DNA of 64,000 bases from Actinomycetota bacterium (GTDB lineage Bacteria > Actinomycetota > Acidimicrobiia > Acidimicrobiales > CAIXPF01): assembly GCA_016870475.1 (NCBI GenBank), contig VGBO01000005.1, positions 339-64,338 of the forward strand, given 5' to 3'. The stretch's first letter is position 1. Every line of letters starts with the position of its first letter. Under the pieces are notes generated by a model. That model did no database searches. It saw nothing but the letters and a program-made list of their open reading frames with translations, and was not told the DNA's origin. The position numbers and the translations under genes are program-made. Of the stretch, positions 1-9,571 are shown piece after piece.

Positions 1-33
1 CGCGAGATGGTTGATCCCCTTGGCAAGGCGCAT
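1..33 (-). CDS. Probable VOC/glyoxalase-family protein, N-terminus only (runs off the window)
   Basis: ATG at 33 reads MRLAKGINHLA; GINHLA resembles the first beta-strand/His of VOC proteins. Only 11 codons visible. Confidence 0.4.
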   Translation of the reverse strand, partial: MRLAKGINHLA

Positions 34-47
34 GGGAGCATTCTCCC

Positions 48-1007
48 TCACCGAGCGAGGTGCGCGTCGAGGAGAAGCTTGACCTCCGCCGCCCCCTCGA
101 TGGCCGCCCCGTCGGACGCCGCGCACGGCGTGATGTCGAGCCGACGGAGACCGGCGTCGAGGAACGGCACGAAGAACTCGGCCACCTCCGCCGGCGTGCC
201 GTAGGGCGTGTACCGCTCGAACACGTCGAACGGCAGGCGGTAGAAGGCCTCCATCCCCGCCTGGACGTGGGCGCGGGCACGGCTTCGGTCGGCGTCGATC
301 CCGACCCAGAGCTGCATCCCGTGCTGCCAGTCGACGCGACCTCGACCGCTGGCCTCGGCGACCTCGGCGCAGTGCGCCACCGCGTCGGCGAACCTGCGGG
401 AGGAGCACCAGGCACCCAACCAACCGTCACCGAAGCGGCCGGCGCGTCGCACCGCCGCGTCGGAGCGGCCCCCCACGACGATCGGCACCGCAGGATCCGG
501 CGCCGGCAGGATCCGCACGTCGGCGAGGTCGAAGAACTCGCCTGCGAAGGTCACCCGTTCCCCGCGCAGCAACGGGCGCAGGACCGTGAGCGCCTCGTCA
601 CACCGACGTCCCCGGGTGCGCGGATCGACCCCGCACGCTTCGATCTCGTGGCGGTCCTCACCGCCGATGCCGACGCCGAACCGGAGCCGACCGGGCGCGA
701 GCTCGGCGATGGTGGCGATCTGGCGGGCCACCGGCACCGGGTGCCGCAACGGCAACAGGTACACCCCGAGGTGCAGCCCGAGCGTCGGGTGCAGCTGGGA
801 CACCGCCGCCATGAACGCGAGACCGTCCGTCCCCGCACCGCCGCGGAAACTCACGTGGTCGGCGTACACCACACCGTCGAGACCCGCGTCGGCGATCCGG
901 TCGAGCACGGACCGTCGCCCGTCGACGTCGAGCGCGAAGAACGGCCCCGGCGGGCTCATGCCCACGGTCATCCCCCGAGACGTTGGCACCGACGACGCTG
1001 TGGTCAC
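48..1007 (-). CDS. LLM-class flavin/F420-dependent oxidoreductase
   Basis: C-terminal part of ORF 48..1868: DHV, LLPLRHPVPVARQIATI, GRLRFGVGIGG, PIVVGGRSDAAVRRAGRFGDGW. GTG at 1007 has TACCGT 8 nt upstream; alternative ATG at 971. Confidence 0.85.
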   Translation of the reverse strand: MTTASSVPTSRGMTVGMSPPGPFFALDVDGRRSVLDRIADAGLDGVVYADHVSFRGGAGTDGLAFMAAVSQLHPTLGLHLGVYLLPLRHPVPVARQIATIAELAPGRLRFGVGIGGEDRHEIEACGVDPRTRGRRCDEALTVLRPLLRGERVTFAGEFFDLADVRILPAPDPAVPIVVGGRSDAAVRRAGRFGDGWLGAWCSSRRFADAVAHCAEVAEASGRGRVDWQHGMQLWVGIDADRSRARAHVQAGMEAFYRLPFDVFERYTPYGTPAEVAEFFVPFLDAGLRRLDITPCAASDGAAIEGAAEVKLLLDAHLAR

Positions 1008-1049
1008 GGCGCGGTACGGTAGCGCCGAGGACCGGTAGCGTGCGGCGCC

Positions 1050-2006
1050 ATGACCCTCAGCCTCGGCGCCCACGTCGGCCAGCAGAACCTGACGATGGCG
1101 GAGATGCGGACGGTGTGGCGACGCCTCGACGAGGCCCGCCTCGACTGGATCTCGGTGTGGGACCACCTCTACGAGGCACCCCCGAAGGACGGCACCGAAC
1201 CGCACTTCGAAGCGGTCGCCACCCTCGGCGCGCTCTGCGCCGACACCACCCACGCCCGCATCGGCTGCCTCGTGTTCTACGTCGGCTACCGGAACCCCGG
1301 CCTGCTCGCGAAGGCGGCGACGACGCTCGACCACATCTCCGGGGGCCGCTTCGAGCTCGGCCTCGGTGCCGGTTGGCACGAGTGGGAGGCCGCGGCGTTC
1401 GGCTACGACTTCCCCCCGCTCGCCACCCGGTTCGACATGCTCGAGGAGGGTCTTCCGCTCATCCGTCGGCTGCTCGACCCCGCCGAGGAACGCACGACGT
1501 TCGAGGGCCACCACTACCGCACCCACCGGGCGACCTGCCTGCCCGCCCCGGTCGGCGGCCGGCGCCTCCCCATCTGGGTCGGTGGTATCGGCCCACGTCG
1601 CACCCCGCAGCTCGCCGCGCGTCACGCCGAAGGGTGGAACGCCGCCTACGTCCCGCCCGCCGAGTACGCCCGCCTCAACGGCATCCTCGACGCCGCCTGT
1701 GAGGCCGAGGGACGCGACCCCGCCACGCTCGAACGCTCCGTGAACCTGCTCTTCCAGCTCTCCACCGATGCGTCGCGGGTGGACCAGGACCGGCGCGGCT
1801 TCGACCGGTCGTGGGGCAGCATGGCCGACCGCGTGCGCGGCGGCGCGCTGCTCGGCACGCCCGAGCACGCACTCGAGATCCTCGCCGCTTACCGGGAGGC
1901 AGGTGCGGGCGGGATCAACATCGCCCTCCGCGCTCCATGGGACCCCGACGCGCTCACCGCGTACCTCGACGTCGTCGTCCCCGCCGCCCGCCGCGAGCTC
2001 GCCTGA
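1050..2006 (+). CDS. LLM-class F420-dependent oxidoreductase
   Basis: WDHLY, YRNPGLLAKAATTLDHISGGRFELGLGAGW, PIWVGG; TAGCGT 8 nt upstream. Confidence 0.9.
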   Translation: MTLSLGAHVGQQNLTMAEMRTVWRRLDEARLDWISVWDHLYEAPPKDGTEPHFEAVATLGALCADTTHARIGCLVFYVGYRNPGLLAKAATTLDHISGGRFELGLGAGWHEWEAAAFGYDFPPLATRFDMLEEGLPLIRRLLDPAEERTTFEGHHYRTHRATCLPAPVGGRRLPIWVGGIGPRRTPQLAARHAEGWNAAYVPPAEYARLNGILDAACEAEGRDPATLERSVNLLFQLSTDASRVDQDRRGFDRSWGSMADRVRGGALLGTPEHALEILAAYREAGAGGINIALRAPWDPDALTAYLDVVVPAARRELA

Positions 2007-2024
2007 TCGGCGCCCGCGTCGGCG

Positions 2025-2732
2025 TCAACCGACGTGGGTGAAGAAGAACCGGAGCGTCCGGGCGAGCGCGACGCGCGCCGAGGTCGCGTCGAAGCTCGCC
2101 CGCTGGTCGCAGTTGAACCCGTGCTGCGCTCCCGCGTACACGTGCACCGGCACGCCGGGGAACGCCGCCCGCACGGCATCGACGTCGGCGAGAGGGATCG
2201 CGTGGTCGTTCTCCGCGAAGTGCAGCAGCAGCGGTGCGACCGGCACGTCGCCGAGCAGCGACGCGGCGATGCCGCCGCCGTAGTAGCCGACCGCAGCGTC
2301 GACCGTGCCGGCGAGCCGCTGCGCCGCCGCCGTCGCGAGGAAACCGCCCCAGCAGTAGCCGACCGCCCCGACCCGACCGGCGGAACGGTGACGTGCCTCC
2401 TCGGCCGCAGCGGCGAGATCGAGGACCACGTCGTCGAGCGCCACGGCCGCGCGGATCTCGAGCCCGCGGGTGACGTCGTCGGGCGTGTACCCGAGCTCGA
2501 CGCCGTACGGCCCACCGTCACCGAGGCCGGCGGTACCGGCCCGGGCGTACACCGCCGGAGCGACGGCGACGTATCCGGCAGCGGCATAGCCGTCGGCCAC
2601 CTCGCGGATGTGCCCGTTCACCCCGAAGATCTCCTGGATGACCACGATGCCCCCGCGTGGCGTCCCCTCCGGCGTGGCGACGTAGGCGGGGACGGCATGG
2701 CCGTCGGCAGCGGTCAACGTGATCGACGTCAT
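2025..2732 (-). CDS. Dienelactone hydrolase family protein
   Basis: QEIFGVN, GYCWGG nucleophile elbow, YAGAQHGF. Confidence 0.92.
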   Translation of the reverse strand: MTSITLTAADGHAVPAYVATPEGTPRGGIVVIQEIFGVNGHIREVADGYAAAGYVAVAPAVYARAGTAGLGDGGPYGVELGYTPDDVTRGLEIRAAVALDDVVLDLAAAAEEARHRSAGRVGAVGYCWGGFLATAAAQRLAGTVDAAVGYYGGGIAASLLGDVPVAPLLLHFAENDHAIPLADVDAVRAAFPGVPVHVYAGAQHGFNCDQRASFDATSARVALARTLRFFFTHVG

Positions 2733-2806
2733 GCGGCGGACGATAGCGGTCCCCCGGTAGCGTCACCGCCGGACCGACCGATGGGTCGGGGAGTCGGGGG
2801 ACGGAC

Positions 2807-3850
2807 ATGCGAGCGGTCGTACTGCGCGGGGAGACGCTCGGCGTCGAGGACGTCGCCGAACCGGAGCCCGGCCTCGGCCAGGTGCTCCTCGAGACGATCG
2901 CCTGCGGGATCTGCGGGAGCGATCTGCACTGCGCCAGGCACGCCCGCACCTTCACCGAGACCGCCCGGGCGACCGGGATGACGATCTTCGACTTCGACCC
3001 GGACCGCCCCCTCGTGATGGGGCACGAGTTCTCCGGTCGGCTCATCGGTGCCGGGCCAGACGTCGACCTCGCAGCGCTCGGCGTCGACCTCGGCGACGCG
3101 GTCGTCGCGCACCCCGTCGTGCGGACCACCGACGGCATGCGTTCCGTCGGGTACAGCAACGCCCACCCGGGCGGGTACGCGCAGCGTCTCGTCGTCGACG
3201 CCACAGGCGTGCTGCGCGTGCCCGACGGCTGCGATCCCGTCCACGCCGCGCTGACCGAACCGCTCGCCGTCGGCCTCCACGCCGTCAACGCGACGTCCGC
3301 CGAACGGCGCGGCAGCGCGATCGTGATCGGCTGCGGACCGGTCGGCCTCGCGGTCGTCGCGGCGCTGCGCCTCCGTGGCGTGCCGCTCGTCGTCGCCGCC
3401 GACTTCTCGCCGACCCGGCGTCGACTCGCCGCCGAGCTCGGTGCCCACGTCGTCGTCGACCCCGCCGACGGCGACGCCGTCACCGCGTGGCGCGACCACG
3501 GTGGCCGCGGTCCGGCCGTTCTCGTCGAGGCCGTCGGGGTCCCCGGCATGATCGACCGCCTCGTACGGAGCGCTCCACGTCGGAGCGAGATCACCGTCGC
3601 CGGCGTGTGCATGGAGACCGACCGGTTCGAACCGCTCATCGCCATCTCGAAGGAACTGAGCATCCGCTTCGTCCTCGGCTGGTCACCGGCGGAGTTCGCC
3701 GCCTCGCTCGAGGGGATCGCCACCGGCATGATCGACGTCGCCCCCCTGATCACGGGGACCGTGGACCTCCACGGCACGCCCGGCGCGTTCACGACGCTCG
3801 ACCGTCCCGACGACCACGCGAAGATCCTGGTCCGGCCGAACGGCGCCTGA
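2807..3850 (+). CDS. Zinc-binding (MDR) dehydrogenase
   Basis: CGICGSDLH, GHE, EPLAVGLHAV, GCGPVG Rossmann motif. Confidence 0.9.
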   Translation: MRAVVLRGETLGVEDVAEPEPGLGQVLLETIACGICGSDLHCARHARTFTETARATGMTIFDFDPDRPLVMGHEFSGRLIGAGPDVDLAALGVDLGDAVVAHPVVRTTDGMRSVGYSNAHPGGYAQRLVVDATGVLRVPDGCDPVHAALTEPLAVGLHAVNATSAERRGSAIVIGCGPVGLAVVAALRLRGVPLVVAADFSPTRRRLAAELGAHVVVDPADGDAVTAWRDHGGRGPAVLVEAVGVPGMIDRLVRSAPRRSEITVAGVCMETDRFEPLIAISKELSIRFVLGWSPAEFAASLEGIATGMIDVAPLITGTVDLHGTPGAFTTLDRPDDHAKILVRPNGA

Positions 3851-3867
3851 ACCGGCCCCACCGCTCG

Positions 3868-3920
3868 TTCACCCGGACGAAACACGCCCGCACGCGACCG
3901 AAACACCGGCGCCCTACGCT
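3868..3920 (+). promoter_or_regulatory. Putative GlnR boxes plus -10 of the ATP-grasp operon
   Basis: TTCAC-n6-GAAAC (3868-3883) and CGCAC-n6-GAAAC (3889-3904) resemble the GlnR consensus GTNAC-n6-GAAAC. TACGCT at 3915-3920 lies 7 nt before GTG 3928. Confidence 0.6.
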
Positions 3921-3927
3921 GCGGGGC

Positions 3928-5379
3928 GTGCCTGACCGACGCGGAGCACTCGAGGGGTACGACGCCGGGGCCTTCCACGACGAACTCGTCGCCCCCGACG
4001 GGACCGCGCGGCCGCCCGCCCGCGCGGTCATCGACGCGATCGGCGCACTGACTCTCGACGAGCTCCGCGCACGCCAGCGCGCCGCGGAGGCGGACATCGC
4101 CGCGTCCGGGATCACATTCTCGTTGTCGGGCGAGGACGGGGGGAACATCGACCGCGCCTGGCCCTTCGACGTGATCCCCCGGGTGTTCGGGTCGGAGGAG
4201 TGGCAGGTCGTCGAGGCCGGACTGGCCCAACGGCTCACCACGCTGAACCGGTTCATCCACGACCTGCACCACGAGCGGTCCGCCGTGCGCGACGGCGTGG
4301 TCCCCGCTGAGCTCGTCGACACCTCGCCCGGGTGGCTCCCCGCATGCCGGGGCATGGAACCCGCCCATGGCGTGTGGGCGCACATCTGCGGGTCGGACCT
4401 CGTGCGAGACGCCGACGGCACGCTCTACGTGCTCGAGGACAACCTGCGGGTGCCCTCCGGCGTGTCCTACATGCTCGAGAACCGCATCGTGACCAAGCGG
4501 GTCTTCGCCGAGCTGTTCGAACGCCAGTCCATCCGACCCGTCGACGACTACCCCGACGCACTGCTCGCGACGCTCCGCTCCCTCAGCGGGAGCGACGACC
4601 CCTTCGTCGTCGTGCTCACCCCGGGCGTGTACAACGCCGCGTACTTCGAGCACTCGTTCCTCGCGATGCAGATTGGTGTCGAACTCGTCGAGGGGCGCGA
4701 TCTCTTCGTGCGCAACGACCGCCTCTACCTGCGCACCGTGTCGGGGTCCCGTCAGGTCGACGTCGTGTACCGCCGGGTCGGCGACGACTACCTCGACCCG
4801 GAGGTGTTCGTGCCCGACAGCGCGCTCGGCGTGCCGGGGATCGTGCGGGCCTGGCGCGCCGGGAACGTGGCGATCGCGAACGCCCCCGGGACCGGCGTCG
4901 CCGACGACAAGGCCGTGTACTCCTACGTACCGGACCTCGTCCGCTACTACCTCGGCGAGGAACCGATCCTCCGCAACGTCCCCACCTGGCGCTGCGACCG
5001 GCCCGATGACCTCGCCCACGTCCTCGACAACATCGCCGATCTCGTCGTGAAGCCGGCGAACGAAGCCGGCGGCAAGGACCTGCTGATCGGGCCGCACGCG
5101 ACCGCCGCCGAACACGAGGACTACCGCCGCAGACTCCGCGCCAGCCCGCGCACGTGGGTCGCCCAACCGATGCTGTCGCTCTCCGTCGCCCCCACGCTCA
5201 CCCCCGAGGGCGTCGAGCCCCGCCACCTCGACCTGCGACCCTTCACCCTGCAGGGCGCCACGACCAGGGTCACCGCCGGTGGGCTCACCCGCGTGGCACT
5301 TCGCCGCGGTTCCCTCATCGTGAACAGCTCCCAGGGTGGCGGTAGCAAGGACACCTGGATCGTGGAGGGGACAGCGTGA
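3928..5379 (+). CDS. Circularly permuted type 2 ATP-grasp protein
   Basis: WPFDVIPR, GSDLVRD, VLEDNLRVPSGVSYMLENR, AYFEHSFLA, VDVVYRRVGDDYLDP, NAPGTGVADDK, RHLDLRPF, VNSSQGGGSKDTW. Confidence 0.93.
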   Translation: MPDRRGALEGYDAGAFHDELVAPDGTARPPARAVIDAIGALTLDELRARQRAAEADIAASGITFSLSGEDGGNIDRAWPFDVIPRVFGSEEWQVVEAGLAQRLTTLNRFIHDLHHERSAVRDGVVPAELVDTSPGWLPACRGMEPAHGVWAHICGSDLVRDADGTLYVLEDNLRVPSGVSYMLENRIVTKRVFAELFERQSIRPVDDYPDALLATLRSLSGSDDPFVVVLTPGVYNAAYFEHSFLAMQIGVELVEGRDLFVRNDRLYLRTVSGSRQVDVVYRRVGDDYLDPEVFVPDSALGVPGIVRAWRAGNVAIANAPGTGVADDKAVYSYVPDLVRYYLGEEPILRNVPTWRCDRPDDLAHVLDNIADLVVKPANEAGGKDLLIGPHATAAEHEDYRRRLRASPRTWVAQPMLSLSVAPTLTPEGVEPRHLDLRPFTLQGATTRVTAGGLTRVALRRGSLIVNSSQGGGSKDTWIVEGTA

Positions 5380-6353
5380 CCCTGCTGTGCCGCACCGCCG
5401 CGAACCTGTACTGGGCGGGTCGCCACCTCGAACGTGCCGAGGCGCTCGCACGGGTCGTGCGCGAACACACCGCGCTGATGGTCGACCTCCCGACCCGGGT
5501 GCCGCTGGGCTGGGACGCCCTCCTCGCCATTCCGGGAACACCCGGCGTCACCACGATCGGCAACGACGAACGGGCGGTGATGCAGCGACTGCTCGCCGAC
5601 TTGACGAACCCGTCCTCCCTCGCCGCCACGCTGGGCCACGCACGCGAGAACCTCCGCACCACCCGCCCCGTGCTGCCCCGCGGCACCTGGAGGATCGTCA
5701 ACGAACTCACCGGCGCCGTGCGCGACGGGATCGACAGCGGGGTACGCCGCTCCGGTCGGGACGCGTTCTGCGAACGCATCATCGCGAGCTGTCAGCGCCT
5801 CGACGGCTTCCTCGCCGGAGGGATGAGCCGCGACGAGACGTGGAACTTCTACCGCCTCGGCGTCGCCGTCGAACGCACCGACATGGTCACCCGGGTCCTC
5901 GACGTGCGCGCCGGCGCCCTGGTCGGGGGCGGCGACGATCTCGGACGCGACGGGCTCTACCGCGACGCACAGTGGATGTCGCTGCTCCGATCCCTCGACG
6001 CCCTGCAGATGTACCGGCGCACCACCGGCGCGATGATCGAACCCCGTCGCGTCCTCCGGTTCGTGCTCCACGACGGACGTTTCCCGCGGTCGTTGCGGTT
6101 CGGCCTCGATCGGATCGACCGGCTCACCGCCGACCTTCCCCCTGCGCCGCCCGTGCGAGCCGCAACGGACGGGGCGCGGGCCACGCTCGAGGCCGCTACG
6201 ACGGAACCCGAGACCGCTGAGGCGCTCTCGGCGTTCGCCGACCGACTGCAAACGGACCTGATCGTCCTCGACGGCGCGCTCGACACCGCCTACTTCACCG
6301 GCGCCGAGGTCGTCGACCCCGAGGGTGGCGATCTGGTTGACTCCGGTCCGTGA
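5376..6353 (+). CDS. Alpha-E domain protein (DUF403-like)
   Basis: LYWAGRHLERAEALAR, ARENLR, GMSRDETWNF.RLG..VERTDMVTRVLDV, FPRSLRF; GTGA overlap with the ATP-grasp gene. Confidence 0.9.
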   Translation: MTLLCRTAANLYWAGRHLERAEALARVVREHTALMVDLPTRVPLGWDALLAIPGTPGVTTIGNDERAVMQRLLADLTNPSSLAATLGHARENLRTTRPVLPRGTWRIVNELTGAVRDGIDSGVRRSGRDAFCERIIASCQRLDGFLAGGMSRDETWNFYRLGVAVERTDMVTRVLDVRAGALVGGGDDLGRDGLYRDAQWMSLLRSLDALQMYRRTTGAMIEPRRVLRFVLHDGRFPRSLRFGLDRIDRLTADLPPAPPVRAATDGARATLEAATTEPETAEALSAFADRLQTDLIVLDGALDTAYFTGAEVVDPEGGDLVDSGP

Positions 6354-8635
6354 CGGGGCCGGACGACGACGCGCCGATGGGCACCGACACCCGCGACCGT
6401 CTGCGCCGGCGAGCCGATCGCCGACTCCGGAGCCGCCAACTCGTCGCCGCCGGCGCCGCCCACGGACCGGCGGCCCGTCGCGCCGTCGAACCCGCTCCGC
6501 TCGTCATCGGGGCCGCCACCTGGGAGATCGTCGAACGCGGGCTGCTCCAACGCCACCGTCTGCTCGAAGCCCTCATCGACGACCTGTACGGCCCGGACCC
6601 CCGGCTCATCGGCCGCGTCGTGCCCGCCGAGGTCGTTCACGCGAACCCGGCGTTCGTCCCTGCAGCAGCAGGGTGGACGCCGGCCGGATCGGGACGGTTG
6701 TCGCTCACCGGCTTCGACCTGAGCGGGATCGACGGCGGCCGACCCGTCGTCCGAGCGGTGCGGGTCGCCGACCCCGGCCCGCTCGGACGCCTGCTCGAGA
6801 CTCGCACCATCACCGCCGAACTGCTCGGCGACCGACTCGCGGAGACCGGGGTCCGACCGCTCACCCCGTTCCTCGTCGGCCTACGACGACGGCTCGGGAC
6901 GATCGCGACGGCCGAGCGCTCCCCACGGGTGATCGTGCTGAGCCCCGGCGCCGACCACCCGGCGCACGCCGACCTCGGCGAGCTCGCCCGGATCCTCGGC
7001 TACACGCTCGCCGAGGCGGCCGACGTGACCGTGCGCCGCGGCGCGGTCCACCTCCGGTCGGTCACCGGACTCGAACCGGTGCACGTGGTGCTGCGCGGCA
7101 TCGGCGACGAGGCGATCGACGCGCTCGAGGTCTCGCCGGCGGTTGCGGGAGGCGTGCCGGGCCTGCTCGCCGCGGCCCGAGCGCGCACGGTCACCGTCGC
7201 CGACGCCATCGGCACGGGCTGGCTGCACAGCCCGATCCTCGACGTGGTACTGCCCGCCGTGGCACGCCACCTCGACGCCGACGAGCTCCACCTGCCCGGT
7301 CCCCGTCGACTCTGGTGCGGCGACGACGACGGCCAGCGCGAGACGCTCGCCCGACTCGGGGAGTTCGTCCTCGAACCGCTCGACCCGACCGCCCCGACCG
7401 TCGACACCCGCCTCGTCGGCCGGGCGGAGCTCGACGGTCTGCGCGCCGAGATCGAACGCCGACCCTGGTGGTGGACCGCACGCGAGCCCGACGACGAACC
7501 GACGTTGCGTACCTACGTCACCGTGGACAGCGAGGGTGGCGATGCGATCGTCCTCCCCGGCGGGCACGCGACCCTCAGCGCCGACGAAAGCGTCGCCGTC
7601 GACGTGTGGGTCGGTGGCGGCGGGTCGACCTCCCCCGCTCCGACACTCCGCCCCGCCGGCCTCGGCCAGGTCGACCTCGCTGCGTCGCTGCCGAGCCAGG
7701 CCGGGGAGGCGCTGCTGTGGTTCGGGCGGTACCTCGAGCGGTCCGAGCACCTGCTGCGCCGGGCCCGGGCCGTGATCGACCTCGCTGCGACCTCGACCGA
7801 ACCGCTCGAGCGCCCGTGGCTCCCGGCCCTCCTCCCCGGGCCGGCCGTCACCCTGCTCGTCGACCCCGAGCGGGTCGACGGCCTCCGGCCGCTCCTCGAC
7901 GCCCTCGTGTCGTCGGCCTCCTCCGTGCGGGGGCTGCTCCCCACCGACCTGTGGTCGGACCTCGACCGGATCGACACCGACACCGCGGAGCTGGCCGATC
8001 CCCACGACGTCGCCGCCGCCCGCGCCCTCGCCGACCGCCTGCTCGCCGCACTCGCCGGCATCGCCGGGACGATCGCCGAGTCCATGGTCCGCGACCCGGG
8101 CTGGTACCTGCTCGACATCGGGCGACGGCTCGAACGTGCGCTCGGCACGGTCCGCATGCTCGAGGCGACCCTCGCCGTCACCACCGACCGCCCCGACGAC
8201 GACCTCCTCGAGATGCTGCTCACCGTCGTTGTCAGCCTCAACGCCTACCGCCGTCGCTACCGGTCCGACCTCGAGGCCGACGCGACGCTCGGCATCCTGC
8301 TCGTCGACGCCACGAACCCCCGCAGCGTGCGAGCCGCCGCCCAGGCGGTCGTCGACGACCTCGGTCGCCTGCCGAACCCCTCCGTGTCCGCCGCGCGCAC
8401 GAACCTGACCGCCGTCGCCCGTCGGATCGTCGGGACCCTCGACCGCGTCGACGTCCCCGCCCTCGTCGCCGGTGACGACACCGGCGCCGCACGGCGCGCC
8501 GACGTGCTCGCCCAGCTCCGGGACGACCTGCACCTGCTCGGGAGCTCCACGAGCGACACGTTCTTCCGGCACACGATCGCCGAGGCCCTGCCCTCCGGCA
8601 CCGTCCGCCGCCGGGCACGGCAGCGTGACGCATGA
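6350..8635 (+). CDS. Degenerate circularly permuted ATP-grasp fused to an alpha-E domain
   Basis: N-terminal part: GLLQRHRLLEALIDDLYGP, GLEPVHVVLRGI, GVPGLLAAARARTV. C-terminal part: WFGRYLERSEH, ESMVRDPGWYLLDIGRRLERA, NPRSV. Confidence 0.82.
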   Translation: MTGPDDDAPMGTDTRDRLRRRADRRLRSRQLVAAGAAHGPAARRAVEPAPLVIGAATWEIVERGLLQRHRLLEALIDDLYGPDPRLIGRVVPAEVVHANPAFVPAAAGWTPAGSGRLSLTGFDLSGIDGGRPVVRAVRVADPGPLGRLLETRTITAELLGDRLAETGVRPLTPFLVGLRRRLGTIATAERSPRVIVLSPGADHPAHADLGELARILGYTLAEAADVTVRRGAVHLRSVTGLEPVHVVLRGIGDEAIDALEVSPAVAGGVPGLLAAARARTVTVADAIGTGWLHSPILDVVLPAVARHLDADELHLPGPRRLWCGDDDGQRETLARLGEFVLEPLDPTAPTVDTRLVGRAELDGLRAEIERRPWWWTAREPDDEPTLRTYVTVDSEGGDAIVLPGGHATLSADESVAVDVWVGGGGSTSPAPTLRPAGLGQVDLAASLPSQAGEALLWFGRYLERSEHLLRRARAVIDLAATSTEPLERPWLPALLPGPAVTLLVDPERVDGLRPLLDALVSSASSVRGLLPTDLWSDLDRIDTDTAELADPHDVAAARALADRLLAALAGIAGTIAESMVRDPGWYLLDIGRRLERALGTVRMLEATLAVTTDRPDDDLLEMLLTVVVSLNAYRRRYRSDLEADATLGILLVDATNPRSVRAAAQAVVDDLGRLPNPSVSAARTNLTAVARRIVGTLDRVDVPALVAGDDTGAARRADVLAQLRDDLHLLGSSTSDTFFRHTIAEALPSGTVRRRARQRDA

Positions 8636-9537
8636 CCCGCTACCGGGTGAGCCACGAGACCCGCTACCACTACGAGGGCGAGGTCGCCCTCGGCTACAAC
8701 CGGGCCGTCCTTCGACCCCGCACGACCACCGGCCAGCGAGTGCTCGCCCACGACCTGCGCATCGACCCGACACCCGCGTTCCGCAACGAGCACCTCGACC
8801 TGTTCGGCAACACGGTGACCGTGTTCTCCGTCGAGACCCCGCACCGCACCCTCGTCGTCCACGCGGTGAGCGAGGTCGACGTGCGCCCCGAGGACGCGCA
8901 GCTCGACCTCGCCGGCCTCGCCCGGTGGGAGGATGCCGTCACCGCGGCGCGCCAGCTCGGCGACGTCGGACGTGCGTTCTCGCTCGACTCGCCGCTGGTC
9001 GGCACCGACGAGGCCTTCGCCGCCTACGCCGCCCCGTCGTTCCCTGCCGGCCGACCCCTCTACGACGCCGTCGCCGACCTCACCCGTCGGATCTTCGAGG
9101 ACTTCACGTACCTGCCAGGGTCCACGACACTGTCCACCCCGCCGCTCGAGGTGCTCCACAGCCGGACCGGCGTCTGTCAGGACTTCGCTCACGTCGAGAT
9201 CGCGTGCCTCCGCTCGCTCGGCCTCGCCGCCCGGTACACGAGCGGCTACCTCGAGACCAGCCCCCCGGTCGCCGCCCCGCGACTCGTCGGCGCCGACGCG
9301 TCACACGCCTGGTGCTCGGTGCTGCTCCCCGATCGAACCTGGATCGATCTCGACCCGACGAACGGCCTCATCGAACCCGTCACCCACGTCACCGTCGGGT
9401 GGGGGCGCGACTACGCCGACGTCGCCCCATTGTCCGGGGTCATCTTCGCCGCCGGCGTCGCCTCCGAACTCGTGGTATCGGTCGACGTCCAGCAGGTCGA
9501 CCCCCCGGGTGCGGCGGTAATCTCCCCCGGGACGTGA
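8632..9537 (+). CDS. Transglutaminase-like protein with bacterial N-terminal domain
   Basis: YRVSHETRYHY, GVCQDFAH, SGYL, ASHAW, DLDPTN, WGRDYADVAPL; Cys-His-Asp triad intact. Confidence 0.93.
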   Translation: MTRYRVSHETRYHYEGEVALGYNRAVLRPRTTTGQRVLAHDLRIDPTPAFRNEHLDLFGNTVTVFSVETPHRTLVVHAVSEVDVRPEDAQLDLAGLARWEDAVTAARQLGDVGRAFSLDSPLVGTDEAFAAYAAPSFPAGRPLYDAVADLTRRIFEDFTYLPGSTTLSTPPLEVLHSRTGVCQDFAHVEIACLRSLGLAARYTSGYLETSPPVAAPRLVGADASHAWCSVLLPDRTWIDLDPTNGLIEPVTHVTVGWGRDYADVAPLSGVIFAAGVASELVVSVDVQQVDPPGAAVISPGT

Positions 9538-9571
9538 CCGCAGGTCGCGACGCCGCCACCGGGGAGGGACC

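Noticed and set aside
2518-5541. 1007-aa antisense ORF, and similar long shadow ORFs such as 17100..20060 (-), 6325..8475 (+) and 53022..54503 (-)
   Set aside because: They overlap well-supported genes, are Arg/Pro/Gly-rich without motifs, and are expected from stop-codon scarcity at this GC content.
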